Shown here: in pieces, positions 42,101-56,340 of the stretch
Layout of the letters: each line of letters starts with the position of its first letter
How positions within the stretch are numbered: position 1 is the first letter of the stretch
Assembly (NCBI GenBank): GCA_965287045.1
Contig: OZ336874.1
Coordinates: 40,548,001-40,612,000, forward strand
Source of the DNA: Carcharhinus amblyrhynchos
Lineage: Eukaryota
Reading direction: 5' to 3'
Length of the DNA stretch: 64,000 nucleotides
Program-made: the position numbers and the translations under genes
Notes under the pieces: model-generated
The model's database searches: none
Seen by the model: the letters and a program-made list of their open reading frames with translations, nothing else
Told to the model about the DNA's origin: nothing

Positions 42101-42400
42101 CGCCGCCCCCGCGCGCGCGCGCAGCCTGCCCGGGGAGGGCGCTGCGGATTGGTTGCTTTGACACGCACGCGCATCACCCGTCCTCCTCTCCCCCTCCCCC
42201 CAATCGATCCATCGATTGTCGATGGGCTCTTTGGCCCGTGTCCTTGTCAATCATCAGGGGCGCCGGGTTCCGAGCGCGTGTCGGTGCTGCTGCGGGCCTG
42301 TCAATCAGAGGGAGCAGGGATGGGCTGATCTGGGGATAGATGGTGGGGGGAAATCCATCCGCCCGGCTTCTCTCTGCATCTGCTTGGGGCTGAGCTGAAA
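41880..42400 (-). promoter_or_regulatory. CpG-island promoter of ELAVL2
   Basis: Highest GC and CpG density in the window. CCAAT on the minus strand (~42148-42152), (GC)n run (~42110-42122) and ETS-like GCGGAAGTGG (~41990-41999). Confidence 0.8.
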
Positions 42401-45400
42401 TCTGCTCCTGTCTATTGCATGCTTTAAAAAAAAACTGGCATCCGACTGATTGAAGTAGTAGTGATTTTTGTGATTACAATCGCCCCCATCATATACACGA
42501 GAAAAAAATGTGGATTAACATTGCTCTAAATATTCTGATTTATTATTTTATTTATCTCAAGTTGAACCACTCATTTTCAAATTTTGGTGCAAAGTATTTA
42601 GCTCCACTTCAGCTAATTCTTTTGTCTTGTAATGGAACATGCCTCACTGTAGGTAAGTTACTGCTGTTTTCTTTTCTCTTTCCTGGGTCACTTGTGCTGT
42701 CCGTTGTTGACTTTATGATCGTTATATAAAGCCACAGAGTGCACAGCATTTTTGTGTGTTTCATCATAGTGAACAAATCAGGACCGCTAAGTCAAGACAG
42801 CGCCCGTTTTCCTAATCGAACAATAGGGAACGAGTATGAAGGGATCGTTTCTCAAAGCACCACACTCTCTCTCTCTACTCCCCACCCACCCGGTCATCTC
42901 AACACCGTAATCCCTTTCCCTGCCAGATAACACTCGTTTTAGTTGCCTTTTCACCGAGGGATGAAGAAATCGCATTTTAAAACCGTTCATGCCGCTAAAG
43001 TAACATTGGAAAGGCACATCTAAATTCGCCCTAATGTGTCCTCGCTGTGGTCGTTTTGTAAACGACAAAACAAAAAAGTTGTCGGCACAGAACACCAAAG
43101 TGTCCAGGTAACTGGTTATTTTTTTTTCCATGCACCCCGAATCCACAAACAAAAGCAGCAGTTTATGCGAACATTGATGTTAAGAAGGCCGTTAAAGCAG
43201 CCCCGCGCCAATGCACAATTCCATTTCTTAATTGATGGTGCACAGCAACGTTCTCCTGCTGCTTTTACGGTACGTTAGATCATCTCAAAGAAATCCCATC
43301 AAATCATGACAGGTATGAAAGGGGCTTCTGGTTAACTGCTGGTGATATCACAGCGGGGGTATGACTATTCCTGTAATATTAGGACGGAATAACCTCGTAC
43401 CGTAATGAGGAAACGAACAAACTTGGCATTGAACAAAACACTACAGTGTGTTACATCTGGTCTGAGAAACCAGTTCTAAAAACCTTCTCGTTTAACAACA
43501 ATCAAGATTAATGCAGACAAAAATACGTAACACTGATAGACAACAGCTTGCACTAAACAATACAACGTAATGAGATGGACAATGTTTGTTTTTAATCTCG
43601 GGTACAACCAAAGCACAAGTTATCTATTCAACCGGATGTTCATTTATACAAGCACAGGAGCTGGGGAAAATCAAGCCTGGCTATTTGTTCAAGACTAGCC
43701 ATGAACTTAATGAATTTTAACTACATTCAGTAGTTTTGTTTTTGGTAAAAAAAAGCGTTACTGTTTACTACACATTTTGACTATTGACTCATCAACCTGG
43801 TAAGGACCATTTGCTCATCCTTAGTGGCTTTTCTACTTGGAAAAAACTTAAACAATATTCCTGTTTTTGAAAGCGTTTGACTTACAAATTTCTCCAAAAC
43901 AAAACCAGCCGCTTCTTAGCTTAAAGGGCCCAAGCAAGGCAAATGGCCAGTATTACCCCAAGTACTCAATTCTCTTGTGTTCAAGATACCAGTAACCTCA
44001 GGTGACGATCAAGGGTTTCTTAAAATGCTAAAGTTTCTATTTGAATAATGGGCAATTTCTAATGAATTTAATGCAAGCCTTCAAATCTAGTTGCATAGAC
44101 CCATTTCACGTATTCCCTTTACGTCAGGAGTAAGCGTGTCGTTCATACCTTTGATGAACTTTTACTCAGTCTCCCCTTACCAAACCTCTGTCCTACTAGC
44201 CCCTTCACGGGGCTTTATCACGGCGTGTCTGGGCTCTAAGTTATTCTACATGGTTTTAAAACACACGTATTTAAGTTCACACTTGAGTTTTAAGTTTAAG
44301 TTAGTGGAATATCTCATTGGAGAATATTGACCACATTTTCAAATTTAACTTCTACACATACAGCAGCCTGACTTAGTATTTGTATGGGAAAATTAATTTT
44401 CTTTCCATATTTGCGATCAAGACCAGTTCCCTAAAAACCCTATTGGTTCGAAAAATACGATTTACGCAGGCATTCAAGTATATAGTATGAGAAATTTAGG
44501 AACGTTTGTGCTATCTTGTATCGGAGTCGAGTATAGTCTTTCTTTTTAAAAACAAAAGTTACAAACCTTGGAACCCTTCAAACGTTGTTCACTTCGGCGC
44601 CACATTCATTTTCGCCTGTGGCGGCTAGTTTTCCTATTCCACTTTGGATAGCGAATAGAAAATTGGCCTCTTAAAATGCATAGGGAAAAGGCGTGGAACT
44701 ATATGCACATATCCGCAAAACTTGCAACTTTATTGAATGTCTTGCACAGTCGTGCGCGTCCCAGTGATTTAACGTGCGGATTAGGGTAACAAGTATATTA
44801 ACCACAACACAACTTGAAATCGCATTCACTTTACGATTAATGAGCACCAGGTGGACCTCCTGCTGATTGAACATTATCAATTGATTTCGATTTAATTCCG
44901 TATTCATTAGAACATTGACAAATTATTCGTGCCTCACTTGAAAGAAACATGTGGAGAAGTTTGTACTTACAATTCCGCAAACAGATCCTTCTATGGATGA
45001 CTCCATCCTTATTTACTAACATTTCCGCATTCAGAAATGTTTTAGTCCCCCAATTTATTGCGCTTGTAATCGTGAGGAAAGGACCCGAAGGGCGAGATTG
45101 TACATTTTGTCAAGGATCGAATGGGTATTTAGAATACCAGTTTCCAGGAAGATGTTAAAAAGTTACAGGAGCTAAAGTGAATTTCTTTGTGGTGGGGATA
45201 TCGCAGTAAGAACATGTATCAAAACAAATATCCATTTTTTAAAAAATATACTTTTCTCGCACCTTGCGAAGTAATACGGTTTAACTACATAAATCGTTGC
45301 GAGCGAAAAATATGTTCACCACCTGCACTCAACACGATCAAGCTAATAGCTGAAACTGGGAACTAAATGTATAACGAATTGTCAAGGTCAATAGCTTTCA

Positions 45401-48400
45401 ATTGGTTGGTTGTGTGCAGCTTTTGTGATCTCCTTTCAAGTCACTTAGAGCTGAAGTACAAAATGGCGGCAGCATAGACAGGCAGGCTATTTCATTTTGG
45501 ATAGATAGGCTAGTCTGGCCCTGTGCATTGCAGTCATAACAATGATTGTTATCTAAACAAAAGCAGCAGTGTAGCCAAGCTTTAGCAACGTTAAATGTGA
45601 TCCATTGGCGATACGTTATCTGAATGACAGCCAAAACAGAATACTCAATAGACATGTTCCTGCAGTTATTCTCATATGTTTATATTGCTGTTTCTTCGCA
45701 AGGAGCCTAAAGCATTTTGCCACAAGTAAATTACGTATTTTCATCCGGCACATGAAGGTGCACGTATCTATTACCATACATTCAAGCCAACACCTCTGAA
45801 CTGAACCTGTTTTCTAAAAAACAGAGGGGTTCGGCGACATAAATCACACATACAGGACGTGCACAGTGAAGAATTTGTAGGTTTGCAAATGTGATTAGTA
45901 TTCAAGGCCACGATCAACAGCTAAGAAGCCTTGCATTGGACATTTAGTATATGCACTTTACCACTTGTACTTGCGGATCAGTAGGATTTTATGCCTCTGC
46001 TGCTTAACCCTGGCTATAACATCCAGATGTTTGAGAATGTAATTCCCTGCACTTCCAGCTTTGCTACAAAATAAGGAATCTTGTAATGAATATGATGTTT
46101 ACAATTTTGTCTTCGTGACAAATTACAAGCCCGAGGAATCACATTTAGACTGTCACTTTGACTTTGTTACCCGTATAGACATTTAAGATGTATTGATTAC
46201 CAATTGTGACCTTTAGCCTGACTGTTAAACGCTTATTTTAAGTAATTAGCAACTGTTTGGCTTGTGGAAAAGCGTCCTGCGTTGAGTCAATGCGAAATGT
46301 TCTGCTGTTAGTCGATGGCTTATTCCTGGAGCTGGGTAAATATGCATCGTGTAGTACAGATGAAACTAACGTTTTAGTTTAGGACTATATTATTGTGTGT
46401 TGCACAGATCCTATAAACACACCTACTTTTAGGGACATTTGGCACAGAAATGCAGCTTGACTGTCAGATAATCTGACACTTCACTGTTGGACAAAATGTG
46501 TGCATGTCGCATGGAAAGTTCGAGCACTGTGAGACAGAGTCTGTTACCTGAATTTTATTTAGAGAAGCAATTGTCCAAAGTTTCCCTCTGTGACGGGCAC
46601 ATTTTAATTACAATTAATATTCGATTTTTAAAAAAATAATTAGGAGTGTTGCGACAAACGGATAACATTTTGAGAATGCCTTAGTCCTTATGACTTTGCA
46701 GTGATTGTTATCGACAAAGGTTTAATTAATTTTCCGATTTTGCATTTAGATTAGTGCAATTCCGCGGAAGATATGCGCAGCCGTTGTAGTGAGGTATTTA
46801 GTCACATCAATCAATCAATCATTCTATCAGCCCTTTTGTCTTCAGATCAAATGCTTTCAGAAGAGAGCAAGTGATAGCACCGGGGCGTAATAACAAAGCT
46901 ACACTATATCAAAAGCCGACTAGGGTCCAGCGAGAGGCAGCAGCCACAGGAACAGCTGTCTTATCAGCAGACTGCAGCGATGGAGATGACTCAAGAGGTC
47001 CTCCACAGATAATCACTTAAATAGGTTTGCAATGCACCAAACTTCACGCTTGATAAGACCTGCCCATGGTAACAGCAGCACCGATCCAGCTCCTGCTACT
47101 TTATCTCCACTGTAAATTAAGAAATTGAAATTCAGGTGGCAAAGAGGGAAGGTTTTCCTGGATAAAATAAACGTAAAAGCGATATAAAGCAAACGGATTC
47201 GGTTCGTGTAGCCACGTCGTTCAAAAGGGGAGTGGACAGGATAAAAGGATTGACATAAATGATTTATTTCCACAGCTGAATCCTTTTCGGTGTGAAATCC
47301 AGACAGTTCACTGTGTTTAAACTAATTAAATTCCCTTTTACCTGCCCTATTTCAATAGCTGAATATAGGTTATCAGTACAAAAAATAGTCGAGACCCTTC
47401 TGTTGTTAGGCTGCAATGTTGTTGTATTGCCCCCTCCCCCTTCTCTTTCGGTGAATGTTATATATACGGGGATTGAAGTTTTACAGGACGATTTTTGTCA
47501 TAATTTAAATCAATTTTCTCTTTCAGACCATCTATACCTAGCTATTTTCAAAATCAGTCTTGTCTGTATTATGATCCTCCACGAAGCGACCGTGTACATT
47601 AACGTTTGCGCATGTTTGTACTTTTTTTTAAAAAAACTTTTCATGTTGTGCGGGCATAAATTTCAAAGTATATAAAATAGAATGTATCTCAAAGTACAAT
47701 GCATTCGGAAGATAATTTCGCTCAAGCGGGACAACCGCAGAATTAATCTAGATTTAAAGTTTACCTTCCTTCAATAAAAGATCGTGCAGATGTCACCATG
47801 AATAGGTGGCATTTATGTAGGGGGCGCGAGGCACTATCAAATTCCCAGTCAGATTTAAAAAATATGCCAGCTACCGTATTTACTTTGGACAAAGTAGATT
47901 CTCAAGGTCAGGTATAACTTTACCACCCTACTAACCATTGAGATTAAGCGTCTGGTTCAACTGATACCGACACACGTAGCCTTTCTCACTGAATTCAGTC
48001 CACATTATTAGCGTTCTGTTTGCTAGTGTATGTTTCTCCATCGAAAGGAAATAATGTTATATGCGTATACTGAAATATCTTTATGCCATGAAATCGTTCA
48101 AAACATAATCTCCAACTTTGAGATAGATTATCTGATGTGAAAAAGTATTTTACGTGTTAAATATTTTAGAGCTTTCAGAAGACAAACGAGGCAATGATTT
48201 ATTAGTAAATTAGATTACTCCTCGAAGTGACTGGTTAACCACTAATAGTTGTCATCAGTTGATATTTTTTACGTATTTGGAGGAACTCCCTTGCAATGGA
48301 AGCACATTTCCTTTTGCCACCGCAACCCCTCTGTCCTGTGCTGAGGGCGGAAAACAATATTGCGGCACTGTTGGATTTGAAGAATACAACCTTTTCTTTG

Positions 48401-51400
48401 CACAGCTCTGATAGATACGACGCCACATAGCACCTTCTCCTCCAAAGAGACCACCGCTTCCAAGCTACAGCCTGTGCTTAACAGTGTGCCTCTCTGCTGA
48501 ATACGGAGATAATGAAGAAGCAAATAAGCTGCTTCATCTAGTGTCTTTGTGGTGTTCTACAAAGCTGCAATCAGCATCTATTTGGGCCTCTTAGATGCAA
48601 TAATTACAATCATTCGAGTACCTGTTGAGTTAAGAAAAAGTGAAAAGGCATATACCTTACATTTATTTGTAGACTGTGTTGATTACCACAACACATTTGA
48701 GTATCTGCACTAAGAACGCGGCTTTTAATAGCAAAATAAAATTGTTCCACCAGTAGCTGTCAGAATGGTAGGAAGGGAAAGGAACTCCCCCCTCCACCCC
48801 CCATGAAATTTAATCTCAATCACTATGCTTAAAAAGTGCAAATCGCCCGAGAGCAATTCAGAAAATCCATTAAGGAACATTGTCACAGAAATTGAGTTCA
48901 AAAAGTCAACAGTGGTTGTTTTCAGGTATTAGCATGTTCTTGTTTTTGTTTAAGTTTCACGTTTCAATCACAAAATTGCATCTGAGCAATTGGAGCAGTG
49001 TTTCGGAGCAATGCGTAACATGGTTCGGAAATATCTCCCAAAGAGACTGTGATTGAAGACTGGCGGATGGGAGATAATGGGAATAATTGTTGTAAAATGC
49101 CTCTCAACAGCCCCAAGTGCTCAGCCTACTCAGTTACTTGGTTACCACAGCTTTCGATGTTAAACCAACAAAGTTAACCCCCCCCCAAAAAAAAACAAAC
49201 AATCAGCGGAATGAAACGCGACTTAGTTGTTATAATCATTTCACTTGGTCAAAGGCATTAACTTTTGGGTTACCTAACTGGTGAAGCGAAATGTAATTGT
49301 TAGTGAGCGAGAGGACGCCAGTTCCAGTAAGAAATGATTCCAAGAGCTGTCCATAGTTCTGAAAGAGCAAGTGAATACCAGTAACTTCCAATATCGCCTT
49401 TATATTTCCTGGCACGTATGTTTCTGACAATTAACTGTTCCGGAGTGTCAACGACCCCAGTAGTCACAGAACTGATAGCGAAGAAACAGCATCTGATGTC
49501 GATTGCAATCTTCGACTTTAAAAAATGCATATTTATTACGAACATAACATATTTTATCGTAACTCAAGTTTAGTTCAACCGAGCTAATGAATAATTGTTT
49601 CACTTTGTTAGAGATAATATCGAAAAGACAGTATCCACACATTCGTTCAACTTCTTGGTGCGTCCGATTTCTTATACAAAACTACTATAAAGTACTTGAA
49701 TGCCCCCTTAATCGTTGTCTAGTTATCACTGCACGATGATTATCGTCAAATGTCAAAAAACACTTCTTTAAAAATTAGAAACAAAGTGAAACTCGGAGTT
49801 GAGGACAAGAACTGAACTGATTCACCACGTCAGTTCAAAGAACACAAAGTTAAAATCGCATTGCATTCATGCTTTCCGCAAGGTTGATAAGACAGTGCTG
49901 CGGGGGACTAGAATCGTATTGAGGAACCACCACAACCCCCAATTAAAAAAAAAAGCTATCTAGATGAGTTTGCTGGTATTAGAAATGAAAATGTCTAAGA
50001 ATTCGAAGAAACTTGTTTTCAGACAAATCCGAGAACTTTATTTTGTACCTATCGACTGTAACCGCATTCATATAATGTAACAACTCACGATTTTACTCGA
50101 TTTTCTAATTTGCTTTTTCAAAGGAACTCTCGTGTTTTCAAATGCATCATCAAAATAAGTTAAACACAGTTGGTTAATTGTATGCGAGTATGACCAAGTT
50201 GGGGTTTAAACAAACGTTTAATCATTCTGATCAGTTCATCCAGCGATTGATAGAGATATGAAATGCGGTGTGTACCAATTTTTGTTTTTGGGGGGGGGGG
50301 GTGATTTGAATGCAAATCATAAGTATCTTTCTAAATATATTTTGGCGGAAATGACTCATTAAAATGAGTACTGAACATATAGTTTTTACTATAAGCAACT
50401 GAAAAACTTAATGAGGATACTAATGCGGTTCTGGTGTGAAGTTAATTCGCGTATGCTAAAGGCTAGTGTGACACAGGAAACAAAACCCATGCAATTGTAT
50501 ATTCATTGTGGGCTGGTTTCACCGTACAATTGTTTTTTAATGTTAGTCTAAACTTTTGAGACAAAGCTCCGCAGATTGCTACTTGACAATCAATTCAAGA
50601 TAGCCAATGCCAACGATTCACTTTTATAATGAGACGCAATCTGAAGTTCAGGCGTGAAACAAAGTTTGTTCCTGCATTATTTACAGTATAATCCAACACT
50701 GCGATTATAAACATGTCAAAGGGAGTGTTGTTCTGACCTCAACGTATGCAAAACTATATCAATGAAACATTCAAACGGAGACTAAGTCAAAATTGGAAAC
50801 CACACTTTAAGCAAATTTAGCATACAAGTGTGTTCCTTTCCTCCTCTGTCACAAGAGAAAGAAAGCGGCAACAATTAAACGGATTAGAATTAGATGATCC
50901 AGTCGTCAAACTCCAGGAGAAAACTGTGAACTCTCACTTTAAGTGATGTAATCACAAGTCTTTCATTAATACAATTCAGGAGAGTCTTTACTGTTGTTGA
51001 CAGGGATACTTATCTTTTTCGGTTACAGTTTAATTTCACAATGCTCTTATCGCCAAACTTTTCACGTCGGAACCAGTAGACCAGTTTGCATGGCTAGAAT
51101 GGGTCTAGTCAACACCTGGGTCCGAATTAAACCCCAAAGTATCATTATTTCTTTATCGCATTTTAGCCAGATGTATCAGTCATACATTAATTGAATTAAG
51201 GCGACCCCCTCAAATGAAGCCAACTTGTTCAACTCATCGCTAAATAGATGCAAATAAGGGGCTTCCACTTAAAAGCTCTGCTCATACATACTCAGCACCT
51301 TAATTAAACTGTTCTACAAGAAAGGTACATTTTAGCCATCTACAATTGAAGGCCTTTTAGAATTAATTAACTGATTGTCGGACGCATTTCATGTGTGAGG

Positions 51401-52184
51401 ACAACTTTAGAATAATAAAAATGTTTTTTTTAGAAAAAGTACCTACTAAATGTTAAAGTTAAAAATAATACATATTACCTCAAGTAACAGAATGCCTATC
51501 CTCGAATATTCTACAGGTTCGTGGTAATCAGATGTAGCCATTTTGACGACCTGTGCTGGGAGATATTGATCTAGTCAGTGGGTCCTTGGGGAAGTCTTGA
51601 TACAATAAGCGAGTGGGTAAAACAGTTGGTTGTACTGGAGAAAAGGGCACGGAATCTCAGTTAAATGTGCCATGTTTGTGAAATTTATTAGCTTTTTTTT
51701 CCCTCAGACGGCAAACGGCACTCGCGGTTTCATTTTCCTTTGTAATAGCTTGGTTTAAATGGTCTGATTAGAAGGGAGTTGGATGGCACCATTATTTGTG
51801 CAAAAAGCGAGGGAGCAGGTGCAGCAGCGCTGTGGATCGATTTAGCCGTGCACAGATAAAATAAGAAATCAAGGATTTACACATCCTTCTTGGCACCTCT
51901 TCACAGCAGGAGAAGATTAGAAGGAGACTTTCATGACAACAAAAAGGGCATAGTTGAATTGTAGACTGGCTTACCTGTTTCTCTGTTAAAGTGCAATAAA
52001 AATGATTTACACGGTAATTTTTAGTGTTTATGTTGACACCTAGCTAACACAAACTAGGATGAAATACAATTACGCAATGAAAATGTTAAAATGCTCCAAT
52101 GTCTTTTTTTAAAACTATATGTTCTTGAATACAAACAATCGAAGACATGGCTTTGAATTTATTGCCAAGGATTGCATAGATTAT

Positions 52185-52320
52185 ACAAAAATAAAATACT
52201 AGGGTTGCTGGACATCTGAAATAAAGCAGGAAGGAAGTGCTGGAAATGTTCAGCTGGTCTATCAGCGTCAGTGGGGAATGAAGCGATCTGTCTCAGGTGG
52301 GAGACGTTTAATCAGAGCTA
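52185..52320 (-). mobile_element. Penelope-like 3' tail fragment
   Basis: gctggacatctgaaataaagcagg...tgctggaaatgttcagctggtct; same family as 63115-63240 and 10200-10285. Confidence 0.55.
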
Positions 52321-54784
52321 CATGGTCACAATTTGTCACTTGAGGCTGTGTCAAAAATTGGTTTAATAACATTACGTAACTGGTGCTGTAAGTAAGGCGA
52401 CTTGCACTCTTTTTGCATTAGCTTGATGTACATCTCGGTACAGTTTTCGTAACACGCCTCCAGCTATGCACGCGAGATTTTTATTAAGATCAATCGCTAT
52501 GCTACTTAGCCAATGCTAAAGGTTGTGATCCGAGCGTGCAAAAAAAATGCAATCGTTGGTATGGCATGTTGGAGCTTTGAGAATAGTCACACTGCACTTC
52601 CATTTCGAAGGTGACGGTGTGACAAATATTCTGGGATCATTTACACACTAAAGTAATAAAATCAGCCAATGCTCTTTGTTATAACTAAGCATGTCTTCAG
52701 AACTACAACATTCTTTGGTATGTCTGGTACAAAACAAAATCAAATAAAGCCCATGCTAATTTAATATGTGTAAAATAGAAGTTAGATAGCAATAGCCTTG
52801 ATTGTTCTTTCTTATATATATTCAAATATCATGGTATTGGATTAGGAAATTAGAAATGATTAACTACTTCATAGATTACTTATTTTACATCCAACCTGAA
52901 GTTCCTTCCAATTGTTAGCCAAAGCTGGCACCCATCAGCTGATTAGATTTTTGTTAGAAGGGAACCCATGGAGTTACAATATCACTCAAAGTGTTAGTAT
53001 AGTAAAAAACTACAAATACGCCATGCCCATGATATTAATTTATGTTTGGGATAATCTTGATTAGAATAATTGCAGGAATTTATGCAATGAAAGGCATTGA
53101 AGGATGCAGACAATTGAAACACTGCCATCCTGAAGCAAGTAAGCAAGCTATGCCTGACCTAAGTGGGGAATTTTCATTTGCTGATTCTTTAGCTCACAAA
53201 TGGAAGCCTATTCCCCAATGGTGAGTAGCATAGTCCTTGTGTCGAGAAACCTATTGCTTCATTGGGCAAAATTCATTACCTCCCTTAATCGTGAAGAGCA
53301 TTGCTATTGACATTCCCGTATCACAAAATGTGATGATGGGAGAGAGATTTTCTCACTTTGCTACCTGATCTCACGTTTCTGGTATTGGTATGACATTAAA
53401 TATTGCCCATCTCCTGAAGTGAAACCAGTTTATGAAACCTCCACAACATATGCGAACAGAGTCTTAATCTACTCAAAGCTACATTATTAACTGACTTGAG
53501 AGTTATGCTGGGAATAGTGGTTGCAAAAAGTGAACAAAATTTCCTAAATGAACATCGAAGGCATCTAAATTTTCAAACAAAAACATACATTTCAATGCCT
53601 GTGAAAAATAGAGTGGGCAGATTTCCATCATTCTTAAGAGTGCTGTTAATGTTGTGCTTGATTTTTTCATTAAACTATAGCTGGTAGCAGTGAGAAGGGA
53701 TACTCTTACCAATCTCATTCTCTAATTCTTTACCTCAAAAATGGAAGCCCATATGCCAACAATCAGTGACATAATCCAAATATGCATCAATGTAATCCTT
53801 CACTCAGCATTTGTTTTACCCTTCTTTTAAATGTGAAAATTATTGTTAGGTAGTGAGTCCCAAAGTGAAATAGTGAATGAGGACTTACACTGTTTGACCT
53901 TAGTAGCATTATTCATATAAGTGTTGAAAGTTTTGTGTGAAATAGTCAACAGAGAAAATGTTGCTTTTAAATATTACCTGGTAATCCAAGACTTCACTTT
54001 AATACATATTTCATAAACTCCTTTGACATCAAGAATTTATTAACATTGGGGTAGAATTTGAAAATTAAAGATAGTTTAGAGAGTGGTGAGATACCAAGTC
54101 TATTGACCTACTATCCACACACAAATAGGTGCTGCAGATTGTTGCACACTATATTCCTTCAAATCTGATTAAACTTACTGCAATACAGCTATGTCGCCAA
54201 TGTTAATGAATTTATCTAAGAGCAACAAAGGATACTATGTTGACAACAGATCTGTTCTATTTCATATGTATGATCTCTATTATTTTTTATTTCTATAAAA
54301 CTTAGGATAAATCAATATTTCATTAGTTTAAATGTGTCCACTATTTTTTTAAACAAATTCTTGTAGACATTGTGATGGGACAAATACTGTACTGAAGTAA
54401 TTACTCATTTCAAATGCAGCCAGTAACAGAACTGCCTGATCAAAGTATGATCAGAACCAGCTTGATGGGGCTGCTATCCCAGGTCTTTGAAATGCTACAT
54501 GTACATGAAACTTGAAGGTGCCTGTCACACTTTCTCAATTGTTTCTGAACTGCAAACTAATGCAGTCATTGATCCTTTGAAGCAAAATAAATATGTTTTT
54601 TGTAGACTCCAATTAGACAGGCCCGAGTTGCTAGGCACTAAGCAGCACAGGTGATCCAATTTGTAAACCCACAACAATTCTTTCAGCAGTTTGAAAGCCA
54701 TTCTTGGATTGTTCTCCATATTTGTACTCCTGCCACTCATATTTTTATTCTTTTGGTGAATGACATTTTCATGATATTTGTGTT

Positions 54785-55074
54785 AAATTTATTTACAAGT
54801 AGGCTTACACGAACACTGCAATGAAGCTATTGTGAAAATCGCCTAGTCACCACACTCAGGCACCTGTTTGGATACACCGTGGAAGAATTTAGCATAGCCA
54901 ATGCACCTAACTAGCACGTCTTTCAGACTGTGGGAGGAAACTGGAGCACCCAGAGGAAACCCACACAGATGGGGAAAACATGCAGACTCCACACAGACAG
55001 CGTCGCAAGCAGGGAATCAAACCTGGGTCCCAAGAGCTGTGAGGAAGCAGTACTAACCACTGTGCCACCGTGCC
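54785..55074 (-). mobile_element. tRNA-SINE (HE1-related head with a different 3' tail)
   Basis: The reverse strand begins GGCACGGTGGCACAGTGGTTAGTACTGCT, with core gactgtgggaggaaactggagcacc on the plus strand. Confidence 0.85.
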
Positions 55075-55109
55075 ATCCTATTATTCTCTGAAGCTCAATT
55101 ATAATCAAC

Positions 55110-55337
55110 AATGCAGCACTGTGGGGGACCAGAATTCTGGCGTTGTACATTCTCTCTGTGTCTGCACGAGTTTCCTCCAGGTGCTGCGTTTTTTTTTCCC
55201 ACAGTCCAAAAAAGTGCAAGTTACTTCAATTGGACATGTTAAATTGCCCCTTTGAGTCAGGGGGTTACAGGGATAGGGCCTCCGTGGGATTATTGTTGAT
55301 GGGCCGAATGCCTTCTGCACTGGAAGGATTCTGTGAC
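55110..55337 (+). mobile_element. HE1-like SINE, decayed
   Basis: cccacagtccaaa core, aaattgcccc and a ctgcactggaaggattct tail. Confidence 0.75.
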
Positions 55338-55689
55338 ACTATGGATGGAAATTTGCTTGCTTGAGACACTCCTTGATTGGGTGCCAGGCAGTTCAGGATG
55401 CGTGACAAGTTCTCTGTGCCCACACACCACCAATAGCCACCCTTCTGCATCAATGGGCAGATGAGATTGGAGCTAATGTTTGTGAATAATGAGTGTATCC
55501 CAAGACTCCAACTCACAATGTAGTAATGACAGCAGTCCCAATGACTCAGATAAGTTGAAAGAGCAGGCTAAACAATAGCTGTCCGGTTTTACACTAAAAA
55601 CAAAAATGCAACATGATAGATTAACTTGGTAATGCAGGAAATCAAAGTAATTTGCATTATCATATCTTTAATGTTGATAAATGTGTCAA

Positions 55690-56340
55690 GGTTCTTCACA
55701 AGAATGTTATCAAAGCAAATTTGACACCCACCCACGTAAGGAGACATTGGGGAAGCTGGGCAACTGTTTGGTCAAAGAAGTAGGTTGCAAGGAGTGTCTT
55801 GAAGAATAAGGGAGATGTCGAAAAATGGAAAAAAAAACCTGCAGGGGAAGGAAATACAGAACTTAGGGTCATGGTTGCTCTAGATGGATACTTGAGGTAA
55901 AATTGAAAGAGTACCAATATCTAAGAGGGTGGTATCATAGAATCCCTAAAGTACCGAAGGAGGCCATTTGGCCCATTGAGTTTGCACAGACCACAATCCC
56001 ACCCAGGCCCTATTCCCGCAACCCCACATATTTACCCTGCTAATCCCTGTAGGGCTGGATGAGATTACTGTAATGGGGAGCAGTAGAGTGATGGGAAGTA
56101 TTTGAAAATAAGGATGAGAATTTTAAAATTGAAACATTACTTAATTGGGAGCCAGCATGAGTCAGTGAGCACAAGTGATGGCTGTATGGGACTTGGTGTG
56201 TTGGACACGCACAGCAGAGTTTTGAATGATCTTAAGTTTACAAAGGGTAGAAATTAGGAGGCTGTCCAAGATTGCGTTGGAATGATCACGTCTTGAGATA
56301 GCAAGTGCATGCTTGAGGTCTTCAGCACATCAGGTAGGCA
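55690..56340 (-). mobile_element. L2-like fragment with an HE1 3' fragment inserted at 55934-56048
   Basis: tttgacacc...tttggtcaaagaagtaggtt resembles an L2 tail. The insert begins atcatagaatccct, as at 13875. Confidence 0.6.

Noticed and set aside
41722-42398. Long overlapping ORFs (151 aa, 141 aa and others)
   Set aside because: Stop-poor artefacts of the GC-rich promoter, with no recognisable protein.
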